A DNA stretch of 64,000 nt from Candidatus Bilamarchaeaceae archaeon (lineage in GTDB: Archaea > Micrarchaeota > Micrarchaeia > Anstonellales > Bilamarchaeaceae), in NCBI GenBank assembly GCA_038870635.1, contig JAVZJR010000001.1, positions 116,740-180,739 on the forward strand. Reading direction: 5' to 3'. The notes under the pieces were generated by a model. It was not told the DNA's origin, searched no databases, and saw only the letters and a list, made by a program, of their open reading frames with translations. Positions 1 to 12,872 of the stretch are shown piece after piece. The translations under genes were made by a program, and so were the position numbers. Each line of letters begins with the position of its first letter. Within the stretch, counting starts at the first letter, position 1.

Positions 1-424
1 TATCGGAGTTGCTTTGGGTAACGAGAAGTTTTTTGATGAGGCGCGAAAACTCTTACACCATCACAGAGTTATGCTTAAAAATGGTGTGGAACACGCGAAC
101 ACAAGTCTGCAAAATCTTGGGCCTTTTTATCTTATAGATGGACGAGAAATGATAGATGAAAGTATAATAGGAATAGTTTGCGGGATGGTTAATCGAAGTG
201 AGTGGGGGAAACCAGTTTTAGGAATAGCAAGAAGTGAAAAAGGTCAGTTAAAAGCATCTGTCCGTGGAAAAGGAAAAAATCTTGGACTCGCTATAAAAAA
301 AGCAGCAGAAAAATGCGGCGGTGTGGGAGGAGGTCACACGGTAGCAGCTGGTGCTTCCTTTCCAGAAAAAAATTTAGATGATTTCATTCTTTTCTTCGCA
401 GAAGAACTAAACAAACAAAATTAG
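1..424 (+). CDS. DHH-family phosphoesterase/RecJ-like protein, C-terminal DHHA1 domain (partial, runs off window start)
   Basis: Frame open from window start; DHHA1 motifs SVRG and GGGHTVAAGA. Confidence 0.85.
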   Translation, partial: IGVALGNEKFFDEARKLLHHHRVMLKNGVEHANTSLQNLGPFYLIDGREMIDESIIGIVCGMVNRSEWGKPVLGIARSEKGQLKASVRGKGKNLGLAIKKAAEKCGGVGGGHTVAAGASFPEKNLDDFILFFAEELNKQN

Positions 425-517
425 GCAAATGCCGAAAATTTAACAAAAAAATTTATAAATAAATTTGTTTTTTTGTGTTTTGCAAAAAAAAGATTAACAC
501 TAATGCTGGGGGTATTA

Positions 518-826
518 ATGAGAGGTCGTTTTATTGTTAAAGACTTAGAGAAAAAACTTGACTTAGAGAAAAAACTTCGACCAATAATTAATTGGCGTAA
601 TCCTGCATTAGGAAAATTTTATTATCCGAAAGGTTTGAGAAGGAAAAAATTTAAAAAATCACCCGACACCTTTAGAAAAATAAAAAAACCATTAATAGAA
701 GATAGCTCGATATTTAAACCATCGAAAGTGATAAGTGGTAAAGAACCAGAAAAAATTTTCTATCCTTCAAAAGTTATATCTAAAAAGATAAATACTGTCC
801 CTATTAAAAACAGCAAAACATTTTAA
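518..826 (+). CDS. Hypothetical basic protein
   Basis: ATG at 518 after GGGGT; Lys-rich; internal 18-bp tandem duplication (DLEKKL x2) at 542-577. Confidence 0.45.
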   Translation: MRGRFIVKDLEKKLDLEKKLRPIINWRNPALGKFYYPKGLRRKKFKKSPDTFRKIKKPLIEDSSIFKPSKVISGKEPEKIFYPSKVISKKINTVPIKNSKTF

Positions 827-858
827 CCATAACGTATTATAAGAATGGAAGGGAGAAG

Positions 859-2394
859 ATGGCGTATGCATTATTGAGCGTTTATCAGAAAGAAGGCATT
901 GTAGAATTTGCAAAAGAACTTTCAGAATTAGGTTATACTATAATTTCAAGTGGTGGAACAAGCAAAACACTACAAGAAAGCGGCATAAAAACTATAGAAA
1001 TATCAAAATTTACAGGTTCTCCGGAAATGATGGACGGAAGAGTAAAAACACTTCATCCAAAGATACATGCAGGAATATTAATGGATAGAAGTAACAAAAA
1101 ACACATTGAAGAAGCAAAGAAAAATGGAATAGAACCAATAGATATAGTTGTGGTTAACCTTTACCCTTTTGAGGAAACAGTACTAAAAAAACCATCACTC
1201 GAAGAAGCAATAGAAAACATCGATATAGGTGGACCAACTCTGTTAAGAGCTGCGGCAAAAAATTATAAAAACGTTATAGTAGTATGCAATCCAAAATATT
1301 ATAGAAGAGTAATCGATGAATTAAAAAAAGGAGAATTATCTGAAAAATTGCGAGAGGAGTTAGCAGCAGCGGTGTGGGAGCACGTCGCCCACTACGATAC
1401 AGTAATAGAAAATTACTTCAAAAAAAAATGGCAATTGACAGAAGCTTATCCTGATTATCTCAATTTAACATTTAGAAAAAAATGTGAACTGAGATACGGC
1501 GAAAATCCGCACCAAACAGGGGCGCTTTATTACGACCCTCATGATGGAAATATATCAATAGCTGATGCAAAACAATATGGCGGAAAAGAGCTTTCCTATA
1601 ACAATATATTAGATATGAACTCTGCTTACAGATTGATAAACCAATTTGAAGAACCAACGGCAGTGATAATAAAACATAATAATCCATGCGGTGTTGCGAC
1701 AAATACTAGCGTAGTTGAAGCGTATAGGATAGCGCGAGCAGTTGACCCAGAAGCAGCTTTTGGCGGAATTGTTGCAGTAAATCGAAAAGTAACAAAAGAA
1801 CTTGCAAATGAAATAATAACCCGTTTTGTCGAAATAGTTTTGGCGCCAGAATATGATAAAGAAGCGATTGAGATTCTCAACAAAAAACCAAACTTGCGTG
1901 TAATGGAACTTCCTTTTGTACCAATAAAAAACAAATTTAAGACATATCGATCCGTCCTCGGCGGTCTTCTGGTGCAGGATGCAGATATTGAACTATACAA
2001 TGAACTAAAAGTAGTCACTAAAAGAAAGCCAACGAAAGAAGAGATGGAAGCGATGCTCTACGCTTGGAAGATTGTAAAGTATGTACGCTCTAATGCGATA
2101 GTGTATGCACGAAAAAATAGGGCAGTAGGAATAGGTGCAGGCCAAATGAAAAGAATAGATGCTGCTAAAATCGGAGCCATGATAGCACAAGAATTTGGCG
2201 ATAATACAAAAGGATGTGCGATGGCGTCGGATGCATTCTTTCCGTTTCGTGATGGAATAGATTACGCGGCCAGTTTAGGTATAACTGCCATAATACAACC
2301 TGGCGGCTCAATCAAGGACAATGAAGTTATAGAAGCAGCAAACGAGCATAATATAGCTATGGTTTTCACTGGGATGAGGCACTTTAGACATTAG
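859..2394 (+). CDS. purH: Bifunctional AICAR transformylase/IMP cyclohydrolase
   Basis: GRVKTLHP, IDIGGPT, RYGENPHQ, KHNNPCG, SDAFFPF and C-terminal RHFRH motifs. Confidence 0.98.
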   Translation: MAYALLSVYQKEGIVEFAKELSELGYTIISSGGTSKTLQESGIKTIEISKFTGSPEMMDGRVKTLHPKIHAGILMDRSNKKHIEEAKKNGIEPIDIVVVNLYPFEETVLKKPSLEEAIENIDIGGPTLLRAAAKNYKNVIVVCNPKYYRRVIDELKKGELSEKLREELAAAVWEHVAHYDTVIENYFKKKWQLTEAYPDYLNLTFRKKCELRYGENPHQTGALYYDPHDGNISIADAKQYGGKELSYNNILDMNSAYRLINQFEEPTAVIIKHNNPCGVATNTSVVEAYRIARAVDPEAAFGGIVAVNRKVTKELANEIITRFVEIVLAPEYDKEAIEILNKKPNLRVMELPFVPIKNKFKTYRSVLGGLLVQDADIELYNELKVVTKRKPTKEEMEAMLYAWKIVKYVRSNAIVYARKNRAVGIGAGQMKRIDAAKIGAMIAQEFGDNTKGCAMASDAFFPFRDGIDYAASLGITAIIQPGGSIKDNEVIEAANEHNIAMVFTGMRHFRH

Positions 2395-3387
2395 AGATAT
2401 CTCTTAAATTTATCTACAATGGCCATACTGAGAACGCCATAACTTTTGTGTAGGCCGTGGGGGGCCGTTTCTTCTATTTTTTTTCTTGTTTCTTCATCAG
2501 ATATTTGTATCTCAGCACTTATGTCGTTGAGATTAAAATTTATGTTAAAACCACGATAACCACTTTGCTTTGGTTTTGAGTAGTAATCATCAACAGATGG
2601 TGATTTACCTTTGTTCTTTAGATTGGATATAATTTTTTTGGCAGTTTCTACGGCCTCCTTAACTTCATTAAACACCAATCGCGTACCAATAAGGTCGTTG
2701 ATGTACCCTTTTTCTTCAAGCTTTAATGTTGCGCTTTCAGGTGACTTTATTCGCATTTCGACTTCGCAACTCTCCACACCCAAAAGCACTTTAAGATTTT
2801 CAATTGTCTTTTCTAAATCATTCTTTCGTACTTCAAGTTCTCTCTTAATTTTTTTAAGTGTAAGACCAAAAGATTTTTCAACTGCTTTTTCTCTCAATTT
2901 TTTTACCAGTAGGCGGGTCTATGACCTCCGCAATCGCAGCGTAAACATAAAGAGTTTTTTTGGGGTCATCTACAATATTAGCCTCTGCCAGCACAATTCG
3001 GGATATAAGTGTCGCCACGCTTATCTCGTTTTTAAGAATTTTATCTTCATATATTTTAAGTTCCTCTTTTCTTAATTCTTTTTCTTCAAGTACCTCTACA
3101 ATCCTAACTTCACTCATTATTTTAGAAAGTTTTAAAACATCAATAGTAGTAAGGGAAGGTCCGTTTATGCATTTAATTAAAAGATTGAGTACTGCATTCT
3201 CTTTGCTTTTCGGTACTGCAGTTAGAAGTGTTGCCAAAAATGCAGCATCCTTGTCTTCTCCTTTTGCGAGAGAATAAGCACGTTCTGCTAAAGGGATTCT
3301 CTCATATAGTGTTTTTTTATCACAAACGACTGACAGAATGGAAATGTATGTTTCAAACCCCCCAAGCACTTTGTTTTTGTGTACCAT
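2391..3387 (-). pseudogene. RelA/SpoT-like protein (degenerate hydrolase-like N-domain + synthetase domain) split by +1 frameshift at A7 run 2898-2904
   Basis: 2391-2897 carries RIKSPES, DLIGTR, DDYYSKPKQSGY and EIQI motifs. 2878-3387 ends in KTLYVYAAIAEVI, resembling the RSH ETLEIYAPLAHRLG helix. Deleting one A fuses the two frames. Confidence 0.7.
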
Positions 3388-3484
3388 AATGTAATATTAT
3401 GTTAATACATTTTATAAACCTGACTACCACTTAAAAAACCAAAAGAATTTTAATCTAAAATGGCATAAAGAGGCAGGTGGGTTG

Positions 3485-5077
3485 ATGGAAGAATTCAGTG
3501 AAAAAGAAAAAGAAATACTTCTAAAATTTGTAAGCAATACTGACAGAGATATATTTGTGCTAAAAAATCTGCCAGAAGTGGTAAAAGGAGCTCTTTTTTC
3601 TAGGTATAGTAGAAGCAGTAAAAGTTTGAGACGGCTTTTACTTGATGAATTTATAGAAAACAAAGATCTTGATATAAGACAACTTGCCAGTGATACAAAA
3701 GATGACATAGTACTCACAAAAAAGGCCGAGGAGTTTTACGACCGTGTCTTGCTTGGTTTTGGTGATGATTCTGTTGCAGAACTCGCAGGAGCACACATAG
3801 CACTTGAAAATATATCTATCATAGCAACTAAAGTAGTAGAGGACAACCGCATAGGAATTTCTCCACTTGAAAAATCTACTCGCTATGTTTATTTTGACAA
3901 AAAAGTGGATGGAAAATGGTTATACTACCGCGAACCCACACTTATGGAGAATATGCCAGAAGAGTACACAGAAGTTTGCGAAAGATGTTTTGAAACTTAT
4001 GCTAGATTAATCTCTAATATATCAAAATATGTAAGTGAGAGACTCGAACGAGGAGAACTAAGTGAAAGAGCATATGAAGCAGTTGTAAGGGCAAAAACTT
4101 GTGATGTATTACGAGGACTTTTGCCTGCCAGTACACTAACAAACGTTGGGCTTTTTGGTAATGGCAGGGCTTTTGAATATCTTATAACAAAACTCTACGC
4201 GAGTAATTTAGTCGAAATAAGAAATCTGGCGGCGACGATGGAGAATGAACTTAAAACAGTCATACCTTCATTTGTAAAAAGAGCAAGCGAAAAACATGGA
4301 AAAGAAATGCGCGATTACATAAAAGCAACTACAGAGAGAACCAAAGCACTTGCACCGCATGAGCGTTCAGATGCAGCAGATATTGTAAGGATAATTGATT
4401 ACGAAAAAAATGCCTACCAAAAAGTTATTGCGGCGATTCTTTACCCGTATAGTGAACTATCACTTGAAGAATTAGAGAAAAGAGCAGAAATGCTGAGCGA
4501 AGAAGAGATAAGGAAAATAATCACTACCCATCTTGGAGAGAGAAAAAATAGAAGACACAAAGGAGGGAGAGGATTCGAAAGAATCTATTACACATTTGAA
4601 ATATGCACTAATTTTGGTGCGTATAGAGATTTGCATAGACATAGAATGCTAACACAGCAAAGGCAACTTCTCACTACGAACTTGGGTTATGATATCCCTC
4701 ACGAAATAGTAGATGCAGGATACGAAAAAGACTTTAAAGATGTAATGGAGGTTGCAAAAAACAACTATGAATTAATAGCAAATAAGTATAAAGAAGAAGC
4801 GCAATACGTAGTACCTTTAGCCTATCGCATCCGCTGGATGATAACAATGAATCTGCGAGAGGTATACCATCTTTGCGAAATAAGAAGTACACAACATGGA
4901 CACAGAGATTACAGAAAGGTTGCACAAGAAATATACAAAAAAATAAAAGAGACTCACCCATTACTGGCAGAGGGAATGATGGTTGACATGAATGAATATG
5001 AATTTGAAAGATTGGAAGCAGAGAAAAAAATTGACAAAAAAATAGAGAGCATAAAACAAAAGTATAATAAGGTATAA
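3485..5077 (+). CDS. thyX: FAD-dependent thymidylate synthase, tandem two-domain form
   Basis: Two ThyX-like halves: EKSTRY/RGLLP and DLHRHR/AQYVVP/NLRE. Confidence 0.9.
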   Translation: MEEFSEKEKEILLKFVSNTDRDIFVLKNLPEVVKGALFSRYSRSSKSLRRLLLDEFIENKDLDIRQLASDTKDDIVLTKKAEEFYDRVLLGFGDDSVAELAGAHIALENISIIATKVVEDNRIGISPLEKSTRYVYFDKKVDGKWLYYREPTLMENMPEEYTEVCERCFETYARLISNISKYVSERLERGELSERAYEAVVRAKTCDVLRGLLPASTLTNVGLFGNGRAFEYLITKLYASNLVEIRNLAATMENELKTVIPSFVKRASEKHGKEMRDYIKATTERTKALAPHERSDAADIVRIIDYEKNAYQKVIAAILYPYSELSLEELEKRAEMLSEEEIRKIITTHLGERKNRRHKGGRGFERIYYTFEICTNFGAYRDLHRHRMLTQQRQLLTTNLGYDIPHEIVDAGYEKDFKDVMEVAKNNYELIANKYKEEAQYVVPLAYRIRWMITMNLREVYHLCEIRSTQHGHRDYRKVAQEIYKKIKETHPLLAEGMMVDMNEYEFERLEAEKKIDKKIESIKQKYNKV

Positions 5078-5079
5078 AA

Positions 5080-6000
5080 ATGAAAAATAAAAAAATTTTC
5101 TTAATTGGCGCAAACGGAAGGTTAGGAAAAAAAATTTGCCAAAAATTATACGAAGAAGGTTTATCTTTTATTCCAATAGTTCGTAAACAAAGTGGACTAA
5201 AAAATGAGATAGTTTGCAACTTTAGCATAGAAGAACTTAGAGAAATACTCAAAAAAGCAGATGTAATAATAAACACGGCAGGCTCAACAAAAACATATGA
5301 TAAAAGGGAAATGGAAAGAGGAAATGTTGAGCTTGTAAAAAATATTGTAGAAGCTGCACCAAAAAATGCAAAGATAATACATGCTAGTTCAATATCTGTT
5401 TATGGAAAAATGTTAGCAAAAAAACCTGCTGATGAACAAACCCCGATAAGACCAGATAGTGAATATGCAAAAACAAAATATGAAGCAGAAAAAATATTAT
5501 CTCAAAATAAAAATGTAGTGGTATTAAGAATAGGCACAATATACGATGAAAGTGATGATTACGTATACATAGTAAAAAAAATAAAAGAAGGAAAGATGTA
5601 TATTATAGGAAATGGAAACAATCGTATACCATTTGTACACATCGATGACGTTGCTTCTGCTTTTTTGGCGGCCCTCAAAGCACCACCAGGGGTTTACAAC
5701 ATAGTCGGTGACCCAATAACACAAAAAGAAGCCTATCAAATAGTTTCAAATGTTTTGGGTGTAAAACCACCTCAAAAACACATACCATTTTGGCTCGCTA
5801 ATTTATACGCCTTCATCGAAGAAAAAGTATCAAGTATATGGGGGAAAAAACCAAAAATAACAAGAGAGCATGTAGCCATTCTTTTTTTTGATAGAGTATT
5901 TGACTGCAGCCTAGCAAAAGAAGTACTTGGTTTTAATCCACAAAAAAACGCAGATGGAATAAAAAAAGTTACTGAAACAATATTACAAAAAAATTTGTAG
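5080..6000 (+). CDS. NAD-dependent epimerase/dehydratase (extended SDR)
   Basis: GANGRLG, SSISVYG, YAKTK, FVHIDDVA. Confidence 0.9.
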   Translation: MKNKKIFLIGANGRLGKKICQKLYEEGLSFIPIVRKQSGLKNEIVCNFSIEELREILKKADVIINTAGSTKTYDKREMERGNVELVKNIVEAAPKNAKIIHASSISVYGKMLAKKPADEQTPIRPDSEYAKTKYEAEKILSQNKNVVVLRIGTIYDESDDYVYIVKKIKEGKMYIIGNGNNRIPFVHIDDVASAFLAALKAPPGVYNIVGDPITQKEAYQIVSNVLGVKPPQKHIPFWLANLYAFIEEKVSSIWGKKPKITREHVAILFFDRVFDCSLAKEVLGFNPQKNADGIKKVTETILQKNL

Positions 6001-6036
6001 ATACAAATAAATATGTATACGAATAACAATAGTTGT

Positions 6037-8213
<2,177 letters not shown>

Positions 8214-8237
<24 letters not shown>

Positions 8238-8603
8238 ACGAAATGCTTTTCTTGGTTTATCCACCCAAAGAGCAATAATACCTTTTTCACCATTACCCGC
8301 TATTAATCTCATATTTTTTATGAGAATCTTTTGCTCTGCTAAAACATTCTTTATATTCTCCATTTTACGAAGATAATCAGGAACTCTTAAAACCATCGTG
8401 TTTTTTTCAACAATTTCAAAACCATTTTTAGCAAGTGCTTCTTTTGCATTGTTAGCATCACGAACAAGTATAGATATTGCTGTCTTTCCACCTGCTGCCT
8501 CAATACTCATATTCTCTACTCTTACACCTTCCTTCCCAAGGATATAAAATAGCTCTGTCAAAAGATTTGGTCTTTCATCTGCTAGTACAACTACTGATTG
8601 CAT
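8214..8603 (-). CDS. Tandem ACT-domain protein
   Basis: DERPNLL...GVRVENM ACT pattern; resembles 45680-46075. Confidence 0.7.
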
Positions 8604-8613
8604 CTGAACCCCT

Positions 8614-8946
8614 TCATAAATACTTTCTTATATCTTCAGATATAGAATCAAGAATTTGGAATGTTCTATAACCTTCAGGGGTACCTAAAGCAGCTGATTT
8701 TATCTTAGCTTGATTTATTAAGCGGACTAAATCTATCTTTTCATTTGGCTCAAGCGCAACACCAGAAACAATGAAATCTCTTAATTTTATTATTGCTTCT
8801 ACGACTGCCTCTTGCTTTTGACTGAACTCGTTATAATTAAGCAAACTAACGGTTTCAAGTTGATTTCGCGCCTTTACAAAATCATCCTTAATCATATTGA
8901 TATTGAGTTTTTCTTTTGATGTAAACATACTCAACAAACAAACCAT
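8614..8946 (-). CDS. Hypothetical helical protein
   Basis: 110-aa ORF with GGGGTGG SD. Confidence 0.6.
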   Translation of the reverse strand: MVCLLSMFTSKEKLNINMIKDDFVKARNQLETVSLLNYNEFSQKQEAVVEAIIKLRDFIVSGVALEPNEKIDLVRLINQAKIKSAALGTPEGYRTFQILDSISEDIRKYL

Positions 8947-9218
8947 ACAACCACCCCATTTTTATTTTATGTATTGTGAAGTATTTATATATTTTGTAAA
9001 AAAATATGTGAAAAAATTAAATAAAAAAGCCTATTTATTGTGTTTTTTATAAAAAATTAAGCTAAAAAAACATAAAAAAATAATAATAACAACGCTTAAA
9101 ACACCATTTCAGAAGAGAAATTAAAAATGTGAAAAAACACTAAGAGAACTAATTAAAAATGTTTTTGAAGAAATACAGTCGCTGATATATAAAAATTATT
9201 AAAACAAGGGTCAATTTT

Positions 9219-10313
9219 ATGAACTTCCCAAATATATATAATATAAAAGGTTATAGAATTTTAGCAATCCCACCTTTGATTTTGCTTCTAGTTGCTATTC
9301 TATACATACCACATATAAAACTGGGTGTAGAATTCAATGGCGGCACTCTTCTCTCTCTTGATTTAGAGGAAAAAATGGTTGACACTTCTGTATTAAAGAA
9401 CACGCTTATTGCTAATGGTCTACAAGGAAACGTAAAGATGTATGACACACCCGTCGGACAAAGAGTAGAAATAGAATTGCCACAAAGTGATACTTTAATA
9501 AAAGCAGAAAAACTCCGAGCGGAATTTGATAAAAATTTAGCAAGCGCAAGCACTCTCGAAGTTGAAGCAGAACAAAATAGCACAAAAAAAGCAGAATATG
9601 AAAAAAAATACTCTGAATGCGAAGAAATAGTCAAAGATATGTATTCGCTTGCTGGTATGGAGTACCAGCCTTCAGAAAAAAAGAGCGTCAATGAATTAGA
9701 TAAAAAAATATCCTTAGCATATAAAGAAATATACTCTAATTATGAAAAGTCAATCGTAGGCCCAATAAATAAAGTAGTTAAGTACAAAAGCATGTCGATA
9801 AAAACAATTAGCCCAATTTTAAGCGCAAGTTTCATAGATACTGCGATAAAAGTAGCGCTAGTGGCCGCGGTACTTTCCTCAGTATTTATATTCGCTTATT
9901 TTAGGGCAGTAGTGCCCAGCATTGCGGTGTTAGTTGGCGCGACCTGTGATATAGTTATAGCATTAGGTGCAATGGGGTTCTTTGGCATACCATTAACATT
10001 AGCATCATTTGCTGCATTATTAATGCTTGTAGGTTTCTCCCTTGACACAGATATTCTTTTGACTATGAGAATGTTAAAACAAAAAGGAAGTCCACGAGAA
10101 CACGCCTATGATGCTATGAAAACAGGACTCACAATGAGTACAATGGCACTTGTTTCTTTTGGCATTCTTTTCATATTGGCTAATATAACACACATAAGCA
10201 CTTATTATGAAATCGCAGGTGTTGCTTTGGCAGGTTTGGTAGGAGACATGTTTGCTACGTGGGGCATAAATGCAGTAATGCTTCTTTATTACTTAGAACA
10301 AAGGAGGGGATAG
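9219..10313 (+). CDS. secF: Protein translocase subunit SecF
   Basis: LGVEFNGG, GFSLDTDILL, C-terminal TM bundle. Confidence 0.92.
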   Translation: MNFPNIYNIKGYRILAIPPLILLLVAILYIPHIKLGVEFNGGTLLSLDLEEKMVDTSVLKNTLIANGLQGNVKMYDTPVGQRVEIELPQSDTLIKAEKLRAEFDKNLASASTLEVEAEQNSTKKAEYEKKYSECEEIVKDMYSLAGMEYQPSEKKSVNELDKKISLAYKEIYSNYEKSIVGPINKVVKYKSMSIKTISPILSASFIDTAIKVALVAAVLSSVFIFAYFRAVVPSIAVLVGATCDIVIALGAMGFFGIPLTLASFAALLMLVGFSLDTDILLTMRMLKQKGSPREHAYDAMKTGLTMSTMALVSFGILFILANITHISTYYEIAGVALAGLVGDMFATWGINAVMLLYYLEQRRG

Positions 10314-10316
10314 ACT

Positions 10317-12044
10317 ATGGATAGTAAATTTTTGATCTTACTAGTACTTTTCCTTATAGTTGGAGCCAGTATAATAAATTGGGGGACTTATGCTGGCATA
10401 ATTCTAATATTTGCCATAATTGTTTTTGGCGGTCTGTCCCTATTCTGGAAGGAAAAAAACATAAAAATAGCAGGTTTGGTTTTTATACTTTTACTATCGC
10501 TTGTGAACATAGGTGTGAATGGGCTCAAATTTGGTATTGACTTTAAAGGTGGAACAAGGATTCCAGTAATTTTAGAAAGGTCAGTTGACGATCAAACGAT
10601 GACAAAGATGGTATCTATAATAAAAGAGAGAGCCGGTGCTTTTGGGCTATCTGAAGTAAAAGTAAGGGCAGTAGGAAACAACCAAATAGATGTAGAAATA
10701 CCCAGCAGCGACGAACAGAGAATAAAAACTATAGAAGATGTTCTATCTCACAAAGGCGTATACTGGGGCGTTATAGATGGAAGAATAGCGATAAGCGGTG
10801 ACCACATATTCTCTAAATCCATCGGTGCCATGGATCAACAATCCTTATTAAGAAGCGGCGCGGATTGGGGAATAAGTTTTATGGTTGACCGCGAAGGCGC
10901 AGAGATGTTTGCAAGAGCAGCAAAAGGCAAAGGAGATTATCCTGTTTATATGTTTTTAGATAGACCAAATGACGCAGATATATTTTACACTAGAGCGGAA
11001 ATACGCGCAGTGATGCTTGGCGACAGCGGAGAAAAAGAAACTATTACTTCTTTAAAGAATGCTCTAAAATTAAATGATGGTAGCACTATTGGAGTATATA
11101 TACTTGACGATGTTCTAAATTCTACCAACATTACAATTGGGCCTCGAACTAACAATACGATTGCCATTGTGAGTAAGAATGCATCGGTGGAATATAAACA
11201 AAAACTTGAAGAATTAGGTTATAAGGTGAAAGAAACAGAATGGGAAACAATGAAACCTGATTTCATAAGAACAACAACAGGGGTTCTTGTTGTAGAAAAA
11301 CTCGAAGCAGTTGGGCTTTTATCTGCTCCAATATTAAATCCTGATCTTGGTGCAGGCACACCTGCTTACAACTTTGCCATAACAGGAAGTCTCGGAAACG
11401 TAACAGGTGCTCAAAAAGCTCTTTTAGCAAGAGAAAAAATGCAGTACATGGAATCGATATTAAAGGGTGGTTCCCTCCCAGTAGGAATATCATTAGGTTC
11501 ACGCACTACTGTCCCACCAACGTTGGGTGAACAATTCTTAAACCTCAGTATGATAAGTATTGCTATATCGCTCATAGTAATATCTTTATTAATAGGTTTG
11601 CGTTATAGAAATATAAAAGCGACTCTCCCAATAGTAGCAATTAGCCTTACTGAATTTGCAATATTAATATCAGTGCTGGGTTCTTTCACAATAGATTTGG
11701 CTGCGATAGCAGGTATTCTCGCCGCAATCGGCGTAGGTGTAGATGCCCAAATAGTTATAACAGACGAACTGCTCAAGAAAGATAAAAGAGAAACAGAAGA
11801 GAAAATAGGCTATGCCTTTGAAATAATAAAAACAAACGTCATCGTAGCATCATTGTCAATGCTACCACTTTTATTCTCAAAAATAATATCTGGCGTAATT
11901 GTTGTCGAGATTATTGGATTTGCAATATCGACAATACTCGGCGCACTACTTGGTTATCTTCTTTCAAGACCTGCCTACGCTGTAATAGTGGAATACATAA
12001 TAGAAAGGAATGAGAAGGAAGAAAATAAAAGTTCAGCTAAATAA
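10317..12044 (+). CDS. secD: Protein translocase subunit SecD
   Basis: GIDFKGG, GSLP, PTLG, GVGVDAQIVI. Confidence 0.92.
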   Translation: MDSKFLILLVLFLIVGASIINWGTYAGIILIFAIIVFGGLSLFWKEKNIKIAGLVFILLLSLVNIGVNGLKFGIDFKGGTRIPVILERSVDDQTMTKMVSIIKERAGAFGLSEVKVRAVGNNQIDVEIPSSDEQRIKTIEDVLSHKGVYWGVIDGRIAISGDHIFSKSIGAMDQQSLLRSGADWGISFMVDREGAEMFARAAKGKGDYPVYMFLDRPNDADIFYTRAEIRAVMLGDSGEKETITSLKNALKLNDGSTIGVYILDDVLNSTNITIGPRTNNTIAIVSKNASVEYKQKLEELGYKVKETEWETMKPDFIRTTTGVLVVEKLEAVGLLSAPILNPDLGAGTPAYNFAITGSLGNVTGAQKALLAREKMQYMESILKGGSLPVGISLGSRTTVPPTLGEQFLNLSMISIAISLIVISLLIGLRYRNIKATLPIVAISLTEFAILISVLGSFTIDLAAIAGILAAIGVGVDAQIVITDELLKKDKRETEEKIGYAFEIIKTNVIVASLSMLPLLFSKIISGVIVVEIIGFAISTILGALLGYLLSRPAYAVIVEYIIERNEKEENKSSAK

Positions 12045-12048
12045 AAAA

Positions 12049-12780
12049 TTAACCATACATACTTCCACCAGCGCTCTCTTCTACAGTGGCACCGCGCTTT
12101 GATACTTTTGACTTTATAAGTGCTTCCTTTGTTCCTTTTGCTTCTTTATCTAAACGAGCGGTGCTTATTTCGACGTTTAAGATTTTTGCCAAAGCTTTTA
12201 GAACGCGCGATGCTGCATCAGCATCAAGATATTCGTCAGAGGATTCAGCAAGGAGAGTGATAATTGGAAATTTTTCAAGAGCGCCTTTAGTCAATAACAA
12301 ACCAGTTACTCCTGTTGTTGCACCCTCTCTAATCGGTTTAGCAATGCGTTTCTCAGTTATATCTTTTGTCATCTCTTTATTGCTCGCGATAACATAAACT
12401 TCGGTTTTACCTTCTTTTAATGAAATGCCACCGATACTTATTATTTTATTGCATTTTAAAGATTTGGCAAAATCGAATATAGCATCAGCAAGGGGCGCAG
12501 CTAAAACAACAGGGACGGACATTTCAGAAAGAACAAGAATAAGATTATACTTCTCAGAATAGTGAATGCGGGCCGCAGGCATAGGTGTATAATCATGAAT
12601 GGCTGCAAGTGGCGCAAATTCTTCGCTCTCTATATAACCGCCAAAATCAAGTTTGAGCACGTCTATTAAATGAGAAGCAGCGACACTTCCTACAAGGCCA
12701 GTGCCTGGAAAACCTACAATTACAGTAGGGTTCTTAAGATTACTAAAGTTTGCCATTTTCTTAATCTCTACGATTGCCAT
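12049..12780 (-). CDS. PAC2 family (proteasome assembly chaperone-like) protein
   Basis: GFPGTGLVG, SIGG, TGVTGLL. Confidence 0.9.
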   Translation of the reverse strand: MAIVEIKKMANFSNLKNPTVIVGFPGTGLVGSVAASHLIDVLKLDFGGYIESEEFAPLAAIHDYTPMPAARIHYSEKYNLILVLSEMSVPVVLAAPLADAIFDFAKSLKCNKIISIGGISLKEGKTEVYVIASNKEMTKDITEKRIAKPIREGATTGVTGLLLTKGALEKFPIITLLAESSDEYLDADAASRVLKALAKILNVEISTARLDKEAKGTKEALIKSKVSKRGATVEESAGGSMYG

Positions 12781-12872
12781 AAGATAATTCCTTCACTTGC
12801 ATTTAAAACATTTTTGTTTTTTGTTAAAAGTAAATATTTAATATTTAACTTGGTAAATTGAGAGGCGAGGAA

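Noticed and set aside
8947..9218. Very AT-rich intergenic region as a replication origin
   Set aside because: No ORB-like repeats or cdc6 nearby; explained as a divergent promoter region
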